From: Basidiobolus meristosporus CBS 931.73
Taxonomy: Eukaryota; Fungi; Basidiobolomycota
DNA: 64,000 nt
Direction: 5' to 3'
NCBI GenBank assembly: GCA_002104905.1
Contig: MCFE01000001.1
Coordinates: 124,001-188,000 of the forward strand
Below are positions 58,301 to 64,000 of this stretch, in pieces (positions within the stretch are counted from its first letter, which is position 1; the number at the start of each line of letters is the position of its first letter). Under the pieces are notes generated by a model that was given only the letters and a program-made list of their open reading frames with translations, was not told where the DNA came from and ran no database searches. A program made the translations under genes and the position numbers.

Positions 58301-60974
58301 GGGGTTCGACCGGGGCGTACAGCTCGCTGGCCTTGAATCGAGCCGGCGGCGGGCTGGGCTCCTGGCTCTTGGCGCTCGGTGCTTTGGTGGGGCTTTGGCC
58401 GATGAGGCTCCGGGCGGGGAAGAGCGGGGTCTGGCTCAGCTTCTCCATCTCCGCCTCCGAGAGCTGGGATTTCACGGAGGCGAGGTATTTGAGAAGCTTC
58501 ATGAAGTCCCAGTTGAGATGCTCCAGACGGTCGAAGACCAGCTGCAGGTCCACGTGGGTGCGCACGCCTAGGTCCCCGAGGAATCGCTCCATGCCGCTCG
58601 GGAACTTGGCCAGCTGGACGATGGGCAGGTCGGAGAAGAGTTTCACGTTCTTGAAGTAGGTCTCCTTGGGGAGGCGCTGGCCTAGCTGGGTGGGGATGCA
58701 CGCCACCCCCTCCAGCAGGCTAAGCATCAGGGCCCGGTCGTTCGGCGATTGCTGGTAGAACCCACGGTAGAGCACATGGTGGATCTTCTCGGAGAAGACC
58801 GGGGAGGTGGTGAGCTCCGAGCGGTGTTGCTGCACGACGTGCTCCGTCCAGATGGCGAGCGTCAGCTCCTTCCACGTGCCGAACGCCTCTCGCAGCTCCC
58901 GCTGGTTGAAATGCCGGGTGAGTTCGAACGGGAGGGTCTCCTGGGGGACCGGCAGACCCTGGTGGACCACCTTGGGGTTCAGGAAGTAGCGGAACTCCGC
59001 CAACGCGACCGGCATGGTGGGCCCGACCGCGTCCTTGGCCCCGATCTCCGGGCTGCCCAGCGAGAAGCTGGGCAACGGGTTCAGAAGGGTGATGGCCCGC
59101 AACAACTGCTGCCCATGCTCCGGGGGAAGGTGGCCGCGACCTTGGGATTCCTTGAACCCGAGCCACCAGCGTAGGAGAGCTACCGCCTGATCTACCGTGA
59201 TCGCATATCCACTCACGTCCCGGATCAGATCGGGGAGGCCAACCTTGACCAGGTGGTAGCGCTCCTGCAGGCTGCTCAGCATCTCGCCAGCCTCTTTCTG
59301 AATCTTGGACGGAAGGTAGGGGGTCGTGCGAAGGAAGGGGACGAGCTCCGGGTCCGGGAGCCGCACCTGGTCACACGGCTTCACGCCGCACGAGGAGAGG
59401 AGTCCCGGGGGGACCTTCCCGCTGGCGAAGAAACACTTCTCCATCAGCTTCCCCACCGTCTTGATCGGCGTGGCCGGGTGGAAGCAGAAGGAGGTCATGG
59501 CGTGGATGCAGCGTCGCTCGAGCCACGTCATCGCCGGATCCGGCTCCCCGCTGGGGCTGCCCTCTTTGGGCTTGGGGCCGTCCACGAGGCGGAGGTACCG
59601 CTGGGAGATGTCGGCGATCTCCTCGTCGTAGAGGACCCGGGCCAGCAGCGCGCACATGCTGAGCATCTCCTGGTTCCAGCGGGCGAGGTGGGGGTCCACG
59701 AAGTCGATCGACTCCCGCTCCACGGTGGGGATCAGGTGGGCGGCGAGATGGACGGAGCACCCGGTGGTCTGGTGGGTGGGGAACCCGATGAACACCTTCC
59801 CCTGGTGGGGGTACGGGAGCAGGTCCCGGAAGATGGGGAAGTCCTGGTGCACGCTGATCGACGCCTCGTACTCCTCGAGCCCGGTGTAGATCATCTGGAC
59901 GAGGGTGGTCTTGGGCGGGGACTTCTTCGTCGTCCTCTCCATCTGGTCCGCGAACGCGGGCGTGACGTGGGTGGTCAGGTGGGCCTGGGCGATCTTGAGG
60001 AAGAGGGTGGAGCTGATGCGGCTGAATTTCGGCCCCGAACTCCAGAACATCCCGCTGGTCTTGGTGCACTTGAGGTACTCGGCGTCGATTTGCACCTGGA
60101 GCCCGTACACCGCGCTCAGCTGGAACACCCCGTGGGGCGACCGGGTGTGCAGCGACTGGCAAGCCTCGTTCGTGAGGCGCTGTCCGGTGGGGTGGGTGCA
60201 GGAGAGCGGGTTCGGCTCCGACACCTTCTTGCTCACCTTCACCAGCAGCTGGTCGTCCAGGTACAGCGACACCGAGCGCAGGTTCTGGGTGAACGCGATC
60301 GAGCACGCCAGGAACCGGCCGAACTCCTCGACCTCCGGCACGGTCACCGGCTCCCGGAGGTCCAACGAGAACGTGGTCCACCCACCGAGCTGCCTCATGG
60401 GCTCCGGGACCGCCAGCCGCTTCGTGTACAACTGGTCTCCCTTCCAGAAGAACGCCATGCACTCCTGGTCCGACACCACGAACGGCTCCTCGCAGATGGA
60501 GAACAGACTGTAGAAGCCCACCCCGAAGAACCCGATCTTCTGCTCGTCCGGGTTCCCCTCCGCGATCTTCTTCAGTCGGTTCCAGTCCTCCGGCTGGAAG
60601 GGGCGACCGTTGTTCTGGAAGAGCACGGTGTGGCAGGAGGCGTTCGGGTCGAAGGAGGTGGGGTTGCTCTCCTTCGGCTCGGTGGAGTTCGTTCGGAAGA
60701 ACTCCTTGGTGAAGGGTTTTGGTTTGGGGTTAGGGTTAGGGTTAGGGTTGGGGGTCGACTGGGCGTCGTCGGGGGTTTTGGTCCGGAAGTGGATCTTCGC
60801 CTCCGTCGCCCCGGCATCATTGGCGTTCTGAAGTAACTCCCGATAGATGGTGAACGGGGCCGAGTATCTGGCCAGGATCTTGTCGATCAGATGGCGTTGG
60901 TTCACCTGGACCCGCTCTTCCGCAGCGGAGTCGTGGATGACCAAGGACTTGAACGCCGATAGGTCTAGGTCCAT
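55305..60974 (-). CDS. Large intronless GHKL/HSP90-like ATPase protein (sacsin-N-like; fungal DUF3684-type) with CUE-like domain and C-terminal HExxH motif
   Basis: IYRELLQNANDAGA (Bergerat N box), FQNNGRPF, KIGFFGVGFYSLFS (G boxes); FSQLQAMFPDCDPNYLKSCL (CUE-like); VACHELAHN. 1889 aa open frame. Confidence 0.85.
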   Translation of the reverse strand: MDLDLSAFKSLVIHDSAAEERVQVNQRHLIDKILARYSAPFTIYRELLQNANDAGATEAKIHFRTKTPDDAQSTPNPNPNPNPKPKPFTKEFFRTNSTEPKESNPTSFDPNASCHTVLFQNNGRPFQPEDWNRLKKIAEGNPDEQKIGFFGVGFYSLFSICEEPFVVSDQECMAFFWKGDQLYTKRLAVPEPMRQLGGWTTFSLDLREPVTVPEVEEFGRFLACSIAFTQNLRSVSLYLDDQLLVKVSKKVSEPNPLSCTHPTGQRLTNEACQSLHTRSPHGVFQLSAVYGLQVQIDAEYLKCTKTSGMFWSSGPKFSRISSTLFLKIAQAHLTTHVTPAFADQMERTTKKSPPKTTLVQMIYTGLEEYEASISVHQDFPIFRDLLPYPHQGKVFIGFPTHQTTGCSVHLAAHLIPTVERESIDFVDPHLARWNQEMLSMCALLARVLYDEEIADISQRYLRLVDGPKPKEGSPSGEPDPAMTWLERRCIHAMTSFCFHPATPIKTVGKLMEKCFFASGKVPPGLLSSCGVKPCDQVRLPDPELVPFLRTTPYLPSKIQKEAGEMLSSLQERYHLVKVGLPDLIRDVSGYAITVDQAVALLRWWLGFKESQGRGHLPPEHGQQLLRAITLLNPLPSFSLGSPEIGAKDAVGPTMPVALAEFRYFLNPKVVHQGLPVPQETLPFELTRHFNQRELREAFGTWKELTLAIWTEHVVQQHRSELTTSPVFSEKIHHVLYRGFYQQSPNDRALMLSLLEGVACIPTQLGQRLPKETYFKNVKLFSDLPIVQLAKFPSGMERFLGDLGVRTHVDLQLVFDRLEHLNWDFMKLLKYLASVKSQLSEAEMEKLSQTPLFPARSLIGQSPTKAPSAKSQEPSPPPARFKASELYAPVEPLSNLGLPVIAWPDKWRDSSEEAKFLQRLGLRTNPPLDRLMLIAATAESPETRMNALRFFIEHFASHYQRVYRREEIQIPLIPCTRLSPRPGTGDSMAKGATLGDQFTKTEAMAKPTECYANPASEVMGFKIVHPELRRDAEKFGILEQPPVATLITFLQASPPGHPTYGRWVFEYLASRQADFTSADWEKLRFLKFIPVQSSNETPVYWMAPGECYFINDTVDFKYDFFTYIHFGPIANLFLKACGVQEEPSPVDLARIITKDPPKFLEACQRNPANTSGQASRDHGYEHYLQVLRQLAIQMPTLSRHSDIMRAMRSRPFLIAVREKGGQSMAEKKSDQHPMDVSEASVLEYRLESPGNICLVDDTVLQKTFNPWYAPMETLLETFYEQLGSTWISKQVTESSRPTGAITQSGRSQALQNLIRERAPLLIYDYQREQSTKVLRSSEWLATKLRVLEVDQIHIHRKFLPTHQVHTEATTACLERGLRGVDAPRDAVFLLISRQDYNEFDIATCLCKILFSKSRLNDALLLETLLSTSLQHLKRKGFPVDRILNHQKAVTPAATPKPVEPAPPRSSTPPKGSPASDQPPPYEPKGPTQPAPLPAHLNPYFSQLQAMFPDCDPNYLKSCLLEEKRDHVARVSNRLLDDTYPRLPNHTTQKERTAVGGKQPAPQPPATTPPTPVPTSSNLMDRLSRRFQSGINDWYKSYDKPSGPSTTTIDDSESKHQPIPGGFPSLPRPPKSQSQSSSSSPNPSQPGGEPVNTVGPDHTELLQRSLKSSVDSCVRNVNAFDGREPEKAATPPPPKDYTGEAHHHYCSVIPPQKLAHCARIGQFDLYLETGMASSELFACDLAGQSVPLVQFDRLTGSLTAPDGSTMAPGSNLHSLHLMGHTLTTLVQVFQLNPASVHLYYDREGPTVAFNRGRSLFFNLRYFLLLHHPRMAVSPTEAADVHFYWFMVACHELAHNFVSDHNAQHEFYLSSFAEQYLGPLVRSLLRMGKVSA

Positions 60975-61014
60975 CGCAAGGGAATATGGTTAGGCGGGGG
61001 TAGAAGGGGTTTGT

Positions 61015-61062
61015 GTGTTTGTGTTTGTGTGTGTGTGTATGTGTATGTGTAAGTGTATGTGT
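61015..61062. repeat. (TG)n-rich microsatellite upstream of the ATPase gene
   Basis: gtgtgtttgtgtttgtgtgtgtgtgtatgtgtatgtgt. Confidence 0.8.
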
Positions 61063-61728
61063 GAGGTGGTGGAGAACTGACAAGCTACGTTAAGACCAAG
61101 ATGGAAGAGGTAGGGGGAATCGTCACCGCTTGGCGTGGATTAGGTAATGTACAAACTAAGCGTGTAGGGCGAAAAGAGAAGGCGGTGGGGAACCCTCTTG
61201 GAGCCTGGTTGATTAGGGAGGGAATTGGTGGGAGAGGGATGTGGCCGATGAGTGGCCCACGAACCTCACTCCTGACAACTCAAATCCCTGACTAATCCGT
61301 AGCCTACGGTTCACCTTAGAATGGTCAAGATCAAGGTCGCGATCGTGATCACGATCTCGGCCCTTCCGCAATCCGGCCTCCATCTGGATAGACCCCCGAT
61401 TTGGGTTGCCGGCCAGGGTCTGCGGTTAGCTCCACTCTTGCACGCTCCCCAGCCCTGTCATCCCCAGACCCGCCCACATGCATTAGTTGGCTTGGTCTAC
61501 CCACCTCCTGTTAGAGCACGCAGGGCACTTCGATGTCACACCCCTCCCCCATGGATTCCAAATGTATTGCTATGGCATCCCCGCCGGTGACATGGTCTGT
61601 AAGTGACTAAGCCACATATCCTCACTATCCTCCATGGTAACATTTTAGACTACATCTTGTTTGTTCCTATGATGGGTGATTTTACTCTGATGTGTGCTTG
61701 ATAATGACCAGCGTCCCATGCTTCCACA

Positions 61729-62082
61729 ATGACACTGCAATTTTTGGTGGAAGTGGAAATGCCTTATGGATCTAACTACCATGTGGGGAAGACAAAGATA
61801 AAGTCAATGCTGCAAGAAAATGACCTTGCTGATGTTGTCATTGGATATGAGTGCCCTCTCAAAGTATATCTGAAGCAGGAACTCCTCACTACTAAGTACT
61901 GGCAGGCAAAGTGATGCAAAATCTGGTTAGCAGAGTTACTATCCTGTTTAACAAGATTAAATCAGCTGGAGTGCAAGGAGATGATATAAAAATCATGGAT
62001 GCCCTGCAAAATTGCCTGAAAGATGAGTCTCAGGGCCTTGTAGCAGCTGTAGAGCACAGAACTGTAAATGAGACTTCAAATT
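61729..62082 (+). mobile_element. Copia gag N-terminal remnant
   Basis: GSNYHVGKTKIKSMLQENDLADVVIG resembles a copia gag start; interrupted by the LTR at 62083. Confidence 0.5.
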
Positions 62083-64000
62083 TGCTGTAAGAGACTTGGA
62101 GAAATTGGAGGTGATTAGGAAGACAATCAGACTATGTGGTTTTCATTTAATGATTTAATGAGTGTAAAAGTAGTATTTATACTTTTACATGGTCTTGGCA
62201 TAACAAACATGTAGAATTGGTTTAGGAAGGTCCCAAGTATATGCTTGCAAAGCTTGGGGCTGATTGAACAACTTAGTGAATTCTCATGCTCTGGGTACCT
62301 GATATTTTGGTGAATATATTCTGAATGAATCCCAACCAGGGATTTGGTCAGTATTCTCTAGGATCTGAAGGTAATGATCTAAGTGACTAGGCTAGCTGAA
62401 TATTTAGGTGAAATTGCAAGCTCTTACAACACAGCCACTCAACTAAATGTTCATACTGACTAGTCCTAATTTTGACCTATGATATTCAAACTTGTCTCTA
62501 GCTAACAGTTTGCTGAGTACACCTGCAATCATATCATCTGTGGGACAGTAAGCTAAGTCAAACAGGTTATCCTCTATAGCTTCACATATGAAATGGTGTA
62601 TAATATATATGTGCTTAGTTCTAGCATGAAAAGTTGGATTTCTACCTAATTATATACATCCTTGTTCATCTTGAAATAAAGTAATAAGTGTTTTTTAACA
62701 TAAGCCTAATTCTCTAAAAAGCTTCCTTAACCACATTGCTTCTTTTGTAGCTTCACAGGCTGTTATATTACTCTGTCTCTGTGGTAGAAAGTGCTACAGT
62801 TGGTTGCTCTCTTGAATTCCATGAAATTGCTCTTTCAGGGTAAAGAAAGGTGTATCCAGTGGTGGATCTTCCATCTTCTAAATTTTGTCCCCAATCAGCA
62901 TCAGAGTATCCTGCAAGATCTTGTTCTGACTCCTTATAGGTGTACCCTAAGCAGATATCAGCAGTTTCTCTTAGGTATTTAAAAATACACTTAACTGCTA
63001 CAATAAGATCAAATCCATAGTTCTGATTTTGCTGGCTGACAACTCCCTCTGAATATGAGATATCTGGACATGTTCCAAGCATGATATACATCAGTCTGCT
63101 GACCATAGACTTATTAGAAAACTCAGGGCTTTCAGACAAGACCAAGCCCACTTGATTTGGTTGAGCTTTGACCAAGTTAAGGTTTGTCTCCATTGGGGTA
63201 GCTGCTGGTTTACAGTCTGCCATTTGGTGCTTCTTTAGTATATCTTAAATATACATGGATTGGCTTAGGGTGATAGTTTGGGTACTACTATCTATGGAGA
63301 ACTTTATCCCTAAGTAGCAGCCAACTTCTCCTAGATTGGCCATCTCAAACTCTTTAGATTGGCTGGATTTAGTCTTTTTGAGTGTTTCTAGGTTATTGGT
63401 GGCTATAATAGGATCATTCACATCAAGAGCTAATAGAACTGGACTTGCTCTATCTAGCTTATAGTAAATACTATAGTCAGCATTACTCCTTTGAGACTCA
63501 AAGATTTCAAATAAGAATCTATTTTGCAATTCCAGGCTAGTGGTCATTGTTTGAGTCCACATAGAGACTTTTCAAGCTTGCAGACAATGGGGGTAATCTT
63601 GGTTAGCATATCCATCAGGCTGGTGCATTTACACGTCCTCATCAAGTTTTCCATTCAAAAATGTAGTTTTTACATCCATTTGATGAATAAAAAATTATAT
63701 TTGGCTGCAATAGCCAATATTAATCTGAAGGAATTACGCTTGGCTACCAGTACAAAGGTCTCAGTGTAGGCAAGTCCTTCTGCCTGAGAGAATCCTTTGG
63801 CCAGAAGTCTTACTTTGTATCTTTCAGTTGAACCATCAGCCATGTTTTTATCTTGAAGTCCTATCTACATCCAATTGTTTTTTGGTTGATTGGTAATATG
63901 ATTAAGTCCCATGTTTGATTTTTCAATGGGCCTGATATTACTCTGTTCTTGCAGATCTCCAAAGTTTTGTCTGAGGGCTATTTAGGGCCTCTTTTACATT
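62083..64000 (-). mobile_element. Degenerate Ty1/copia 3' portion (RT, RNase H, PPT, 3' LTR about 62083-62431); runs off the right edge; same family as 13409-18084
   Basis: GYSDADWGQNLEDGRSTTGYTF and VALSTTETE; LTR resembles 13409-13754. Confidence 0.88.

Noticed and set aside
60730-60747. (TTAGGG)3 telomere-like repeat
   Set aside because: It lies in frame inside the ATPase CDS, encoding PNPNPN in a low-complexity linker, and is too short to indicate a telomere remnant.
59253-60836. 527-aa plus-strand ORF and other long overlapping ORFs in 55.6-60.8 kb
   Set aside because: These are shadow frames expected from high GC3 in the real minus-strand gene; they carry no motifs.

Overview
Fungal nuclear DNA with short GT-AG introns and CTAAC branch sites; possibly an early-diverging lineage, which the sequence alone cannot establish. 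There are four zones. (1) 1-11.3 kb holds host genes: the 5' part of a cytochrome-b5-domain chitin synthase, proteasome alpha-6 (PRE5), a conserved hypothetical gene, CDC24, a small secreted Tyr/Arg-rich peptide and a Pumilio/PUF3 protein. (2) 11.6-20.5 kb holds two near-identical 532-bp cassettes, each carrying a U2 snRNA gene, bracketing a decayed, CpG-depleted Ty1/copia element. (3) 19.7-42.7 kb is a dense tRNA array: 28 intact-looking genes for 17 amino acids, all eight A34 isoacceptors, and a Ser-Ile pair only 5 nt apart. It is invaded by a Ty3/gypsy family whose LTRs sit exactly 11 nt upstream of tRNA genes. One copy is intact (5.36 kb); the other is a 6.3-kb palindrome of two 5' halves. 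(4) 43-64 kb is nested, CpG-eroded gypsy/copia debris containing a CpG-mutated duplicate of part of the tRNA array, plus one GC-rich intronless 1889-aa GHKL-ATPase (sacsin-like) gene. All calls come from reading and hand alignment; no searches were run.
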